A DNA stretch of 64,000 nucleotides, from contig NMRA01000276.1 in assembly GCA_002633005.1 (NCBI GenBank), positions 75,414 to 139,413 of the forward strand. Reading direction: 5' to 3'. Under the pieces are notes generated by a model. That model saw nothing but the letters and a program-made list of their open reading frames with translations. It searched no databases and was not told the DNA's origin. Of the stretch, positions 50,089 to 61,960 are shown one piece after another (within the stretch, counting starts at the first letter, position 1; each line of letters begins with the position of its first letter). Source of the stretch: Phoronis australis. Its lineage: Eukaryota > Animalia > Phoronida. The translations under genes were made by a program, and so were the position numbers.

Positions 50089-53000
50089 TAAAACAATTGT
50101 TATCAACTGGGATTTCAACGCAAGAAATAGTACTTGATACTCAGAAGACAATGACAACCAAGCCGGTCTCGAATTATTCGATATTCTCCTCACAAATGAC
50201 TATATACAACTAATAAACCAGCCGACACGTTTAACAGAGTATTCACATTGTTGCCTTGAGTTATGTATTACAAACAATCTCTGATTAATTGAATGCACTT
50301 CTGTAAGGCCTCCCATTGGTAACTCAGACCACCACATTATAGAAACAACACACTCAACCGCGCACCTAAAGAACCGGACATTATGAAAAAGATCTGGAAT
50401 TACAACCCCATTAACATGGACAAACTGCGCTCTGACATAACCACATTTAACTGGACTGATATACTTAACAAAAGTGACTTAAATGATGCAGTCTTAATAT
50501 TCACACAGTCACTCAACAACATACTAGATAATAATATCCCATCAACCATGAAAACAATAAAAAACAAAAACAAACCGTGGTTTAACAATAACATTAAGTC
50601 TGAAATAAATAATAAAAACTGTACAGATCGTTCAGAAAATCAAATAACCCATGCACAGTCAAGTACTACAAAGAACAGTGCAAGAGTGTGGAAGAACTAA
50701 TTAAAAAGACAAAACAAGACTATAAGATGAAAGTTATCTCCAATATCAAAAATGTCTCCAAAAATTCTAAGGAATATTGGGAGATAGTAAACAAAATTCG
50801 AGGACCCCACCATCCACTCAAAGGAATCCAACTCTCAAGCGTCATCCAAAGCTGATAAAAGTATCTTATTTTTAGACTACTTCACTGCCAAGAGTCACAT
50901 TGCACCAACAATAAACTTTCCCGAATTCCCAAACAGAACAGCAGAACACTTCTCTGACATACAAGCCCAACCATCTGAAGTCAGAAAACTACTCGAAACC
51001 ATTGACGAAAACAAAAACGACGGTACCAATCTCATAACCAATAAAATGATCAAGATAATAGCAAGAGAGCTTACACTTCCTCTGACAACATTATACAACA
51101 AAATACTACAATCTGGAAAATTTCCTTCGAACTGGAAGCTTGGCGTTGTGATACCAATACACAAAAAGAACTCCAAAACAGACATTGCCAACTGTTGCCC
51201 CATAACTCTACTTAACACCTTATCCAAAATTTTAGAAAAAATCATTTTTCAACACGTTTGACCACCTCTCTTCCCAAAACCTCATATATCGTCGCCAATT
51301 TGGATTCATGCCTGGTAACAGCACTGTGTCCCAACTTACAGAAATTGTACACGACATCCACCTCCAGTTTGAGCAAGGGTACAACGTGAGATCTGTATTT
51401 TTAGACATTGTGTCAGGTTTTGATGTCGTTCCCCATGACCTGCTTCTAAATAAATTACAATCTTACGGTTTCTCAGGCACTCTCCTCTTACTTTGAAAAT
51501 CATATCTCGAAAATCGAACTTACAAAGTCCAAATTGAGCGTGTCTTATCACCTTCATCAACGCCAGGTTTCGTAAATGCTGGAGTACCACAGGGTAGCAT
51601 ACTAAGCCCTTACTCTTTTTACTGTACATCAATGATCTTCCAGACACAATAACCTAACATTCTTATATGCTTATGACACTGCAATTTTACACCCATTCTC
51701 AAAAGAGAATCCCCATGACTCCTTACAATTGCAAACTGACCTTAACAAACTCTATGACTGGTCTTACAAATGGAAGATGAAATTTAAACCTGAAAAAAGT
51801 GTTGATCTTATATTTTCTAAGTCTAATAATACTCATTTCCAAACAAATCCAACCCTGGAATTATCACTCAATGGGGAAGTTATCCCCATTAAGTTCAAGC
51901 AAAAACATCTTGGCTTGACCATAAGCTTACATTTACTCCTCATTGTCATGAACTGGTTCATAAAGTACAAAAATTAATTAATCCAATTAGAATTATCTCT
52001 GGTCATCTCAAACTCCATGCATCTTGAAACTCTGTTCAAGTCTTTTGTACTTCCACATCTAGATTAATTTACTGTGACATAATCTACCAATTGGCAAATG
52101 CTGGCATACTTCTTCAATTAGAAAGACTACAATACCAAGCAGCTTTAGCCATAACAGGGGCATACAAAGGGTCCAACACAATCAAGGTTCTAAATAGTCT
52201 AAACTGGAGCAAACTAGCAACCCCTTGTAAACTCCACCTGTCCATGTATACATTCAAAGTCTTAACCAACATAAACAATTATTCTAACAAAATCCTCTTT
52301 GACTCCTACAACAGACCAAGCATGAGACCAGGACTGCGGCAAAGTAATATGCACACTATGCCATCTTCCATCAGTCAAGCCTTCAGGAGATCAACGATAT
52401 TAACTAGTATTGACAACTGGAATTCCTTACCATTCAAAATAAAAGAAAGCACTTCAATCGCCACTCTCAAAAATAACTTTAAAATGAATACCGCTACTCA
52501 AGACTTGCCAGTCCCATTGACATCATTCCAACTTCCTCGCAATCATGAAATAACCCTATACAGATCAAGATGCGGTCTATTCCTAAACAACAAGAAATTT
52601 AGACATAATTTTAATAATATTTCGCCTCTGTGTTCCTGTGAAGACACCCAGACATATCCTCATGTTTTCTTTGCTTGTGAGGTATGCAAGGAGCAGAGGG
52701 TACAGTTTTTTCAGACACGCGAACAATACCCCAACGTTTACAAAAATATTCTGAAATTCCGCAATTGTACAATTTTTTTTCTATATGGATGTCAAAAACT
52801 CAACCCAAATGAAAATAGGGTTTTATTTGAAATAGTATCAGAATTTCATTATAACATCAAATCTCTTTGTGTGAGTCGATACAATTGTATACGTGTATGA
52901 AAATGAATTATTTACATTCGTAATTTTATCATTGTAATCTTAACATCAGTTTTTTTACTTATGTATTCGTGTATTATAATTGTACATAGACTTCTTAGTA

Positions 53001-53128
53001 TTATTTTAACCCAGATCTAATGCCTCTTGGCGCTTTCCGGGTTATGTATATTCATTGTATTCTGAAGGTTTCGTAATAAACATTAAAAAAAATAAAAAAG
53101 GGTTCTAAAGACATCCCATCACACTCAA

Positions 53129-53206
53129 TTTCACCAGCCAACCACAAGTTCACCAGCCAACCACAAGTTCACCAGCCAACCACAAGTTCACCAGCCAACC
53201 ACAAGT
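53129..53206. repeat. 19-bp tandem repeat x4 grown from the right copy of the LINE-flanking duplication
   Basis: ttcaccagccaaccacaag. Confidence 0.85.
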
Positions 53207-53559
53207 TATCTGTGATGTCACTGGATGTTTATGAGTTGACAACTGTCCCACACAACATTAGAAAAACAAAACAGCATTAAAAAATTAATAAAATTCCCAT
53301 TATCATTGAAATAAGCCCCTTTCACTCTTGAAAACACATTTCATAACCACATCAACAATCAGAGTTTTCTTCCTATAACGTTGTCTATACCTTCCAATTT
53401 CATTATTTTGGTCCATTCCAACCTAAATCTGAATGGTCTCTAAAAAACATCAGAAACCTAAATATTTGCAAAAGCCCAAGATAAATATTTGCAATGATTT
53501 ATTCATCAGATTTTTTAACGTAACACCACACAGCAGTCCACCATTATATGCTGGAATGC

Positions 53560-53790
53560 CTGTACTACATCTCAAACACCAACACCTCTTCTCACTCAAC
53601 TGCACTACATCTCAAACAGCAGCACTACTTCTCACTCAACTGCACTACATCTCAAACAGCAGCACTACTTCTCACTCAACTGTACTACATCTCAAACAGC
53701 AACACCTCTTCTCACTCAACTGCACTACATCTCAAACAGCAACACCTCTTCTCACTCAACTACACTACATCTCAAACAGCACCACTTCAA
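53560..53790. repeat. ~40-bp minisatellite, degenerating toward the exon donor at 54228
   Basis: cactacatctcaaacagcaacacctcttctcactcaactg. Confidence 0.85.
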
Positions 53791-54228
53791 ATATGAAATT
53801 AAAACTAATCAGGCAGCAACACTCGTCACATCGCAGCATCACTTCACACAGTAGTGCCACATTCCACTAATTAGCACCACACCTCGCACAGTAACACAAC
53901 TTTGCACATAACACAGACAGTAGTACCACTTCTCACAGGATAGCACAACTACTCACACAGCATAGAGAAGGGTTTAGGGGAGCCCCATTGACACATTGAC
54001 ACCAAGAAACATGGCCGCTGTTTAGCCTTCGAACATCAAGGTTGTCCCACTTACTAAGCCCCACATCCAACACTGCAGAATCACTTCTCACAGATAATCA
54101 CACCTTCTCAGGGTAGCAAAACTTCAAACAGAGCAACACCACTTATCAAATAGCAGTACCCTGTTTCTCACAGTGACACAATTTCTCAGACAGTATCACC
54201 ACTTTTGACTGAGTAACACTACACTTAC

Positions 54229-54659
54229 CTGCATGTCCCATGATGGTCACTTGCGCTGCTTGGCCATAAAGATCAACTACACCATACACATTAGCTGGCA
54301 CATTGGACGCAGCCACACCCTGGTCAACACCATTCACATAAAAGTGCAGAAGTCCACTGTCCAGCCGGCGCACTGATATCTTATCACCAACCCTCAATCG
54401 GTCAAGATTATAGCCGTATTCATCAACAGTCGTCGTACCATTGTGCATGACTCCACTACCAGTCATCATCCATGTGCCTGACCGAACATTGGTCATAGTT
54501 GATGGATTGTCAAGCTCATCAGCTGCGTGTGTTGTCACGCCAATTTCCAGTGAACCCGCCCACTTCTCTACCATGCGGTCGACACGCACTTCAAAACTCT
54601 CACCCTGCCGTAACTGCCTATTCGTGAAGGCGACAGCATGGTTGAAATATTCCAGAGCA
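54229..54659 (-). CDS. NEURL4: NEURL4 exon (most of NHR3)
   Basis: tcctag|T GCT CTG...GCA G|gtaag; [16 protein letters not shown]...[12 protein letters not shown]...[36 protein letters not shown]. Confidence 0.95.
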
Positions 54660-54721
54660 CTAGGAAAACAATGACAGCAAAGCAATATTAATACAGACAG
54701 ACAGTAGTTTTCAAATGCCAG

Positions 54722-56340
54722 ACAAGAGCAACGTCGAGCGTTGAAATGCGCCCATGAATGCACCGCAAACAGAGTGCTTCTAGGGTTGTTTATTTGTTTC
54801 ATAAAAATAGCCACAAGAGGGCGGAAAAACATCCAATCCATCTGGAAATGGGTACATGCCATCGCTTCTTTAACAGAAAGCTATTTAGCAAATTTCATAA
54901 AAATCTGTCAAGGAACTTCAGAGAAACAAAGGAAAACAAAAAATAATGAAATTGCCACTTTGGGACACAGCCTTCGTTGGATCTGCCTGAAAGACGTCGT
55001 CATCTGTTGTTAGCTTCATATAAATACAATAAACTAAATTTAATAAAGATCCTGCATTGAGTTAAGGAGATGCAGCTATGGGCACAAAACAAAACTACCA
55101 CTAGGAGGCGCTACAGTAGTCGAATGCGTTATTGTCAACCGTCCTCTTCAGACTGAGAACATATACCATATACCAATTTTCAAAGTCATCCTCAGAATGC
55201 TTTGGTTGATCGAGGGGTGGAAGCCTAATTACAAGACTCGAAAACAGGAATAATGGCCACTAGGTGGTGTAAAAGTTCCTTGACTCCATCCCACAGCGGG
55301 AGGATAGCACCATCTCACCAATAAATGCCTAATAATATTCCAAACTTTCTGATAATCCGTTGAGGTCCTTTGAAGATACAGAGGTAAGCCTAAAAAATGA
55401 AAATTGCCACTACGGGGCACACTGGTTGTCAGATCCGTCCGAAAGTTGTTGTCATCCGTTGTTAACATCATATAAATACACTTGCTAAATTTAGCAAAGA
55501 TGAAAGATGCTGCAAACCGTTTAGGAGATACAGCCATGGGCGCAAAAAAAAAAAAAAACTGCCACTAAGATGCGCCACAGTATTCGAAGGCATTGGTAAA
55601 TCATCGTCAGCTTCGTAGTAGGAACATACATGCCAATTTTCACAATCACCCTACCCTGGGAGGATAGCTTCATCTCACAAATAGGTGCCTTTATTTCAAA
55701 TTTTATGAAAATACCTTGAGGACCTTTGAAGATACAGAGGTAAACGTAAAAAAATTAAATTGCCAATAGGGGGCATACCTGTTCTCAGATCCGTCGGAAA
55801 ATCGTCATCGTCCAATGTCAACATATATAAATACACTTGAAAAATCTAGTTCCGGCCAACAGTTTAGGAGATACAGCCATGGGTGCAAAAAGAGACAAAA
55901 GTGCCACTAGGAGGTGCCACAGTAATCGAAATCGTCGGAAAATCGTCAGCCGTCCTCTTCATAATAAAAACATAAATGCCAATTTCCACGATCATCTTTA
56001 GAGCGGGTTGATTGATAGAGGGGTGGACGCCAAAAAACAGACTCGAAAACAGCAAAAATGGCCACTATAGCCTCATCTCACCATTAGATGCTTATATGCC
56101 AAATTTTATGAAAACACGTTTAGGACCTTTGAAGATGTAGAGGTAAGCGTAAAAAAACTAAAATTGCCACTAGGTAGCACACCGGTAGTCGGATCCGTCC
56201 GAAAGTTCGCTCATGCCGTCTCCTCCATGATAGGAACAAAATTTATGTGCAAAATTTCATGAACTTGCAACAAAGCATTTTGGAGATAGAGCAGCGGACG
56301 CCAGACGGACGGAGATGACGGCATAATAGGTCTACATATA
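54722..56340 (+). mobile_element. DINE-1/HINE-like element with core-repeat array
   Basis: Starts acaagagcaacgtcgagcgttgaaatgcg. About 10 cores; cagacggacggag microsatellite at about 56300; gcataa near the end. Confidence 0.7.
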
Positions 56341-56744
56341 AATATGTTGGCACTTAAAAAACTACAACAGATCTCAGTCAGACTCTGCCAAATGAACTTT
56401 TGCTAATCAAAAATACTTGGGCGATCATCAAGCTGTAGTAAGAGCCAGTTGTACATTTTGTAAATGAGCCCACAAGGCAAGTTGCTGCAATTAAGACAAA
56501 GTGCGTGAAGCGACTCCTGTTGACATTTAGCCAAAATTGAGACACATTCCAATACACAAGAAATGGATACTTAGTGATTTCGTTGGTCAAAACTTTGCCA
56601 AGTTCCAGTTCATTTTGAAAATTACGATACTTCAGAGCAGAATGAATTTGATAACGGAATAACCGAACAGATATAACAGTCACACACAAAACAAGGAAAA
56701 TAGGCATGCACATAAGTAAGACAAACAATACTTTCACAAAAGTA

Positions 56745-57450
56745 TTGGAATGGTTCCGCCAACTGTCACATTGATGAACTAATTACTGTTAGGATTGTCA
56801 CATCGATACTTTCAAGTGGCACTGATAATGGAATGCATTTTAAGTTGATTGGTGAAATCAAATACCCAGCAAAACCATTCTGTTTGGGAAATCGCTCCCC
56901 ATGCGGAACGGTTCCGCATGCTGAATGGTTCCGCAACTGTCACATTGATCAAGTAATTACTATTAGGATTGTCACATTGATACTTTCAAGTGGTATTGAT
57001 TATGGAATGCATTTTAACTTTATTGGTCATGAGAATTAAAAAAATTGAGTTCTCCAAAAAACTATTCTGTTTGCAGAACCATTCCGCATATGGAACCATT
57101 CTGCAACCGTCACATTGATTAATTATTGAGAGTGGGCACATTATACTCTCAAGTGCTATTGAGAATGGAATGTAATTCATGTTCATTGGGCCGGGAGAAA
57201 ATTAAAAATTTTAGTCCTGTGCTAAACTTTTCTGTTTGTGGAACCCTTCTGGAACTTTCACATTGATTTTTAAAAATAAGTTATTATTTTGATTATTATT
57301 CCACAAAATATGCATAATATTTCGCAAGTCACAGTATTCCACAAAACTTGCACAGTATTCTACAAGTGCGTAATATTCCGCAAAATCTGCGTAATATTCC
57401 GCAAAATCTGCGGAATATTCCACACTCAGTGCGGAATATTCCACATGACA
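56745..57450. repeat. ~175-bp tandem repeat x3 followed by gcggaatattcc short repeats (probably TE-internal)
   Basis: aatggttccgcaactgtcacattgat...tactttcaagtgg..tgat..tggaatgcattttaa at about 56750, 56924 and 57095. Confidence 0.7.
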
Positions 57451-57966
57451 AAAATTTAACTTCTAATTAAGAAATTGCTAATTGAGGAAATAAAAATGTA
57501 ACATTGTAAACATGTTTAGGGTAAGGTATAGATTTGATTCATACCATTTTTTATGGCCCTAAGTGGATATTAAAAAAGTGCGGAATTGTTCTGCACACTT
57601 TGAGACTAAATAAGATAGTCTCATTTGAGAAAAAATCGCCTTATTCTTTTGTTCAAAAGCAAGAGATATCCAACACCAGGAGGTAAAAGGGTTCGTCAGT
57701 GAAGAGCAATTGGACACTTGTGTAATAAAAACAACCCCTATTGTTGAATGTGAGAAGCAAATGAACTTTCACACCACAGAGAGTTGACTGATGACACAGT
57801 AACACACTAACACTGCAGACTGGTGTCCCAATTAACACAACAGCCATTGTTGACTGACACAATTTACACAAAAGATAGAAAGGAAACTTATACTGCTAGC
57901 AATCTATGTTAATGAGTTAATGAAATACAAGAAATAGATTTTTTGTTAACAACAAAGATAACTTAC

Positions 57967-58057
57967 TGAGGCCTGTGGGCTGTCTTGCCTCCATCAATAA
58001 TAGCACACTGAGATCCACAACGGGAGTGAAAGAGCAAAGGCTCACTTTCTGCAATGT
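57967..58057 (-). CDS. NEURL4: NEURL4 exon (NHR3 start)
   Basis: atttcag|AC ATT...CCT CA|gtaag; IAESEPLLFHSRCGSQCAIIDGGKTAHRP. Confidence 0.9.
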
Positions 58058-58304
58058 CTGAAATGCACATTAAATGTGTGCTTACTATTTACCACTTGAA
58101 ATGCACATTAAACATGTGCTTACTATTTACAAGGTAAGTAAATTGAAATGCATATCAAATGTGAGCTTACTTTTTACAAGGTGAATAAACTGATTCTGTA
58201 GACATTCTTTACAAAGGGTACCATGAAACCATATAATTTTGATCATTGACATTAATATGAATATATTTGCAACACAAGTTTGAAGTCACACAGCTGTCTT
58301 TTAA

Positions 58305-60119
58305 GGTTATCTCCAACCTTATTCACAAAACAGGGCCATTTTTACAATATTTTACATGTGTCTAGCAAAATGCCTTATCTTCATTCTTGGGAAACTTCAA
58401 ATACAAAATATGTACTGCATAGCGAGAAAAAAAAGATTTAAGAAAACCACCTTTGAACGACACAACTGCGTGGACATTTGTATACTACTTATCCAAGGTC
58501 AAAGGTAAAAGGGCTTTCAATCAAATCGATATAAGGATAAGAGATTTTGCAACACAGCAACACTCACGATTACTTTCATTCGGCACGCACGAATACAAAA
58601 ATATAGGACCCAAGTTATTTATATTTTGGAACACATGCATTGCAATATTCAAAATACGTTTCTTATGAATCTTACAAGCTGTAAAACGACGTTATTTAAT
58701 TTCATTAAGCTCATTCATTGTCATCCGTTCGAGATGTGATCTGCGGCATGGGCGTATGTGTACAAAACACGTGACTGTTATGTTCCTGAAGTACGAAAAT
58801 TAAGAAACTTTAGCCTGCCGTTATTATTGACAGGGACACGATAAAACAAATTTGGATTTTGACTATAGTCTTGATACAGCGATCTGGCAGACCACTGCGT
58901 CAGTGTCTCCGTTAGACCCAGAAATTTCACACAGCCCCGATAGTTCACCTCGTCCCCAACATGTAGATCGAGCCTTGGACTATACTCCACGGTACAGCTA
59001 ACGACCGTCTGCCTGTGCACACAAAATCTGTGAGTTAACCAGCACTCACCTTGCACGTTGCAGCCGTTTAAGTGAAAAACTATCTAGTAAACGCTATTTT
59101 CTTGCATAATCCTCCGCCTTTTGTAACAAAAAAGTCTGTCGTCGATAACCCGCACACGCACGCTCACTCACTTTCATACGCAGACGAACTTCAAAACAAA
59201 CGTCACGTGACAACAACATGTGTGTTCATCGAGAAATTTTTCTCATGTTGTGGGGTACGATGTAGCGCAGATTTGGACTTAATCTCAATTAATCTGGACT
59301 CCACATGAACTTTAAAAATTGTAGAACATAAGGAAGATTTCAGGTAATTTGTTGAGTCGAAACTATATTTTTATTAAAAAGTTCAAGTTTCCCTATTGAC
59401 GATCGCGATTCAGCGACGCATCAGTTGGCAAGTTTTCGCCCTGTGATGAGCACAATTTTTTGAAAAATTATCGTAATTTAACAACGGAAGTTGATAGCAA
59501 TGCACCACAGTTTTGTAGAAAGACTGCCAAAGGCTACAAATACGTCACAGAGCGTAAATTTGATGAATCCTAGCTTCCGATTTTACCCGTTTGGGAAACT
59601 GCCGTAGGCTACAATAAGCGTCACCTCCCCGTGAAATGAATTTTTCTAAGTGTTTATTAGAGCCAATACAGTATACAGCTTTCCACCAAGGCTAGGTGAT
59701 GCTATGACATTATTCTTTGTTGCATTAGTAACTGGTCTTGGCTAATTATCATTTTATGGCCTGGTCATCCATTCAGCCAAAAGTAGTTCCAGAGGTGGCT
59801 TCTCAGCCAATTATTCACGCATGCTGACTCACAATAGAAGCCTGATAAGAGTGAAGGTGGATAAATGCAGTGTTCCTACAGTTTCTTGTGGTAGTGGATG
59901 TGTTCATGACATGATTAATACAAAAAGTATTTTCATATTCCCTAATAAAAAAGGTTTTTACGTAAATATAATAATGGTACATTAATACAAAAAGTATTTT
60001 CATATTCCCTAATCTTTTTTCTTTCAGAAAATATAATTATACTTTTACTAGTTGACAAAGCTTAGTTTTTTTGATATACGAGTTAGAATAGAGGCCACTA
60101 AATAAGGTTGGAGATAACC
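58305..60119. mobile_element. Kolobok-like non-autonomous element containing a TcMar-derived segment
   Basis: Perfect 19-bp TIR ggttatctccaaccttatt / aataaggttggagataacc with TTAA on both sides; 59170-59672 is homologous to 31715-32253. Confidence 0.75.
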
Positions 60120-60225
60120 TTAAAATTGCAGAAAAAATTTTCAAGGTGATCAACCGTAACTTCCAGATGTAAACTCTTTTACATGTTTATTCATACCAGT
60201 AGCAAAGAAAGTGCACCTAGGACTG

Positions 60226-60513
60226 CCCATACCAAAAGACAACTGTTCCATATAAGGACATAGAGATGTTTGCTGCAAGCTTGCGGCAAACTTCATTTGC
60301 ATGGTAAAAGTTTGCTGCATGTTTGCGGCAAGCATGCCGCAAGCTTGCGGCAATGTTTGCGGCTGGGTTGCAGGAAATTTGCATCCACTCTTTGGTCAGA
60401 GTTGATTCTACGTGTTTGCGGCTGGTTTGCAGAAACTTTTGCAGCAAGCTTGCCGCAACTTTGCGGCAAGCTTGCGGCAAGTGTTTGCAGGAAGGCTTTT
60501 TTTTTGGTATGGG
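60226..60513. mobile_element. CMC/EnSpm-like MITE
   Basis: TIR cccataccaaaa / ttttggtatggg; 2-bp TSD TG; internal gcaagcttgcggcaa repeats. Confidence 0.7.
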
Positions 60514-60736
60514 TGCCTTTTATGAACATTTATAATAATCAAAAAAGCGGCAGTAAAAATGAAAAACTAAATATCAAAGCATAGTAATTCATGGATGTTT
60601 GACCACCGGGGTGGTCAATCAAAGCAGTATGCATCCAACAATGCATAGCGTCACCGGTCATCTACACTTACTAAACGTCTGTTTCACCGATTTCCATTAC
60701 AAGAAGTGTTTCCATAAATATGTGTGACACACCCAC

Positions 60737-60986
60737 CTTCATTAGTCTGATTGTCAACGAGTCGTTGAAACTGGCGAGTAAGACTATTGCCTTGGCCACC
60801 TGATCGAATCCTGTCAGGGTAATCGCCACCATCCACGATAGTCACCTTTACCGCCATACCATAGAGGTCGACCACACCCCACACCAGTGTAGGTGTCCGT
60901 GTAGATGCTATTCCCTGGTCAATACCATTGATGTAGTAGTGTAAATTACTGTTGGATTTACGAATCAAACCAATCCTATCACCTTC
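60737..60986 (-). CDS. NEURL4: NEURL4 exon (NHR2 end and linker)
   Basis: tttcag|GAA GGT GAT...GAA G|gtggg; [27 protein letters not shown]...[17 protein letters not shown]. Confidence 0.93.
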
Positions 60987-61356
60987 CTGAAAGTAATAAA
61001 CAAGACTCCCATCACATTATTTTACTTCAGTGAACAAAATTTCTTCTGTATAACTTAATAACCTGTCATGGTAGACTTCATTCAGTTTAGCAGCATAATT
61101 AACCACAAAACATATTCTGCATCATTGAAAAACATGCCATCATAGACTTCAGTTATATTAGCAATTTTAGCAATACGAATGTCTTTTTTATTTTAATTCA
61201 TTATGTTGAAGTCATCATAGAAATCACATTCAACAGTTTTAGTAACTACACTCATTCTCAATCATATAGTAGCATGTCGGGGTATTCATTATGTTGTGTT
61301 TGCAGTCACTGAAATACTGATACTGTATGAAACTCATGCCGAGTTCTCAGAGACAC

Positions 61357-61500
61357 CAGACCCAGTTCCCCATGACAAGCGACCCAGTTCCCCATGACAA
61401 GTGACCCAGTTCCCCATAACAAGCGACCCAGTTCCCCATGACAAGTGACCCAGTTCCCCATGACAAGTGACCCAGTTCCCCATGACAAGTGACCCAGTTC
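61357..61500. repeat. 21-bp minisatellite (~6.5 copies)
   Basis: gacccagttccccatgacaag(t/c). Confidence 0.9.
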
Positions 61501-61871
61501 TCAAGGATGATTGTTAACAGTGACCCAGTTTAATGTTGAAGACAAGGACACTTTCTAGCCCAGGTTAATGGTGCACGTGACTGTAAGATGAAAAACGGGA
61601 ATTTTTTAATGTATGGTCTCCTGTTGAGGAAATATCATACTATGTATTAAGCAGCCTCTTGATATGCTGAAAAAAGAATCATGTACAACAACAAACTAAA
61701 GGTAAATGGGTTTGGGGAGAAATTTAAAATTCATTATGATCTATAACTTCCATGAGTTCTTAAAAATCAAAGCTTGCTGGAGAGAATGGTTAAAAACTAT
61801 GATCCTCTAGTCAGACAAAATGACCTTGCTACAAATTTGCCATGAGAAAATCAATTAGCATATTGTCTTAC

Positions 61872-61960
61872 TCTCAACTCGTCCAAGTTGAACTCGCCAT
61901 ATTCCCGTCGAGTACCTTTACCATTTGTCAGGATGCCACAGCCACTCATCATAATAGTAC
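61872..61960 (-). CDS. NEURL4: NEURL4 exon (NHR2)
   Basis: gtgcag|GT ACT ATT...TTG AGA|gtaag; [29 protein letters not shown]. Confidence 0.94.

Larger units (their letters stand above)
42232..53099 (+). mobile_element. Full-length decayed CR1-group LINE with nested insertions
   Basis: ORF1 remnant 42327-43070 (RRNNIVIHG, DICRSHRL, RPIICKF, LYIKENLT, KTWTHDG). APE remnant 46330-46770 and 50090-50350. RT remnant 50900-51700 (GFMPGNST, VFLDI..GFDVVPH, GVPQGS, YINDLP). C-terminal CSC...HVFFAC; AATAAA plus A-tail at 53075-53099; flanked by a 50-bp direct repeat. Confidence 0.85.
3681..61960 (-). other. NEURL4: NEURL4 gene span (20 coding exons in window; 5' exons lie beyond 64000)
   Basis: All exons have GT/AG borders and compatible phases. 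Summed length is 3362 nt (2 nt + 1120 codons including TGA). Repeated NHR (neuralized) motifs ...[14 protein letters not shown]...YGVVDLYGQ are followed by CYCxxCHK-GWCRF-WHxAYHGT-ELEW. Confidence 0.95.
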
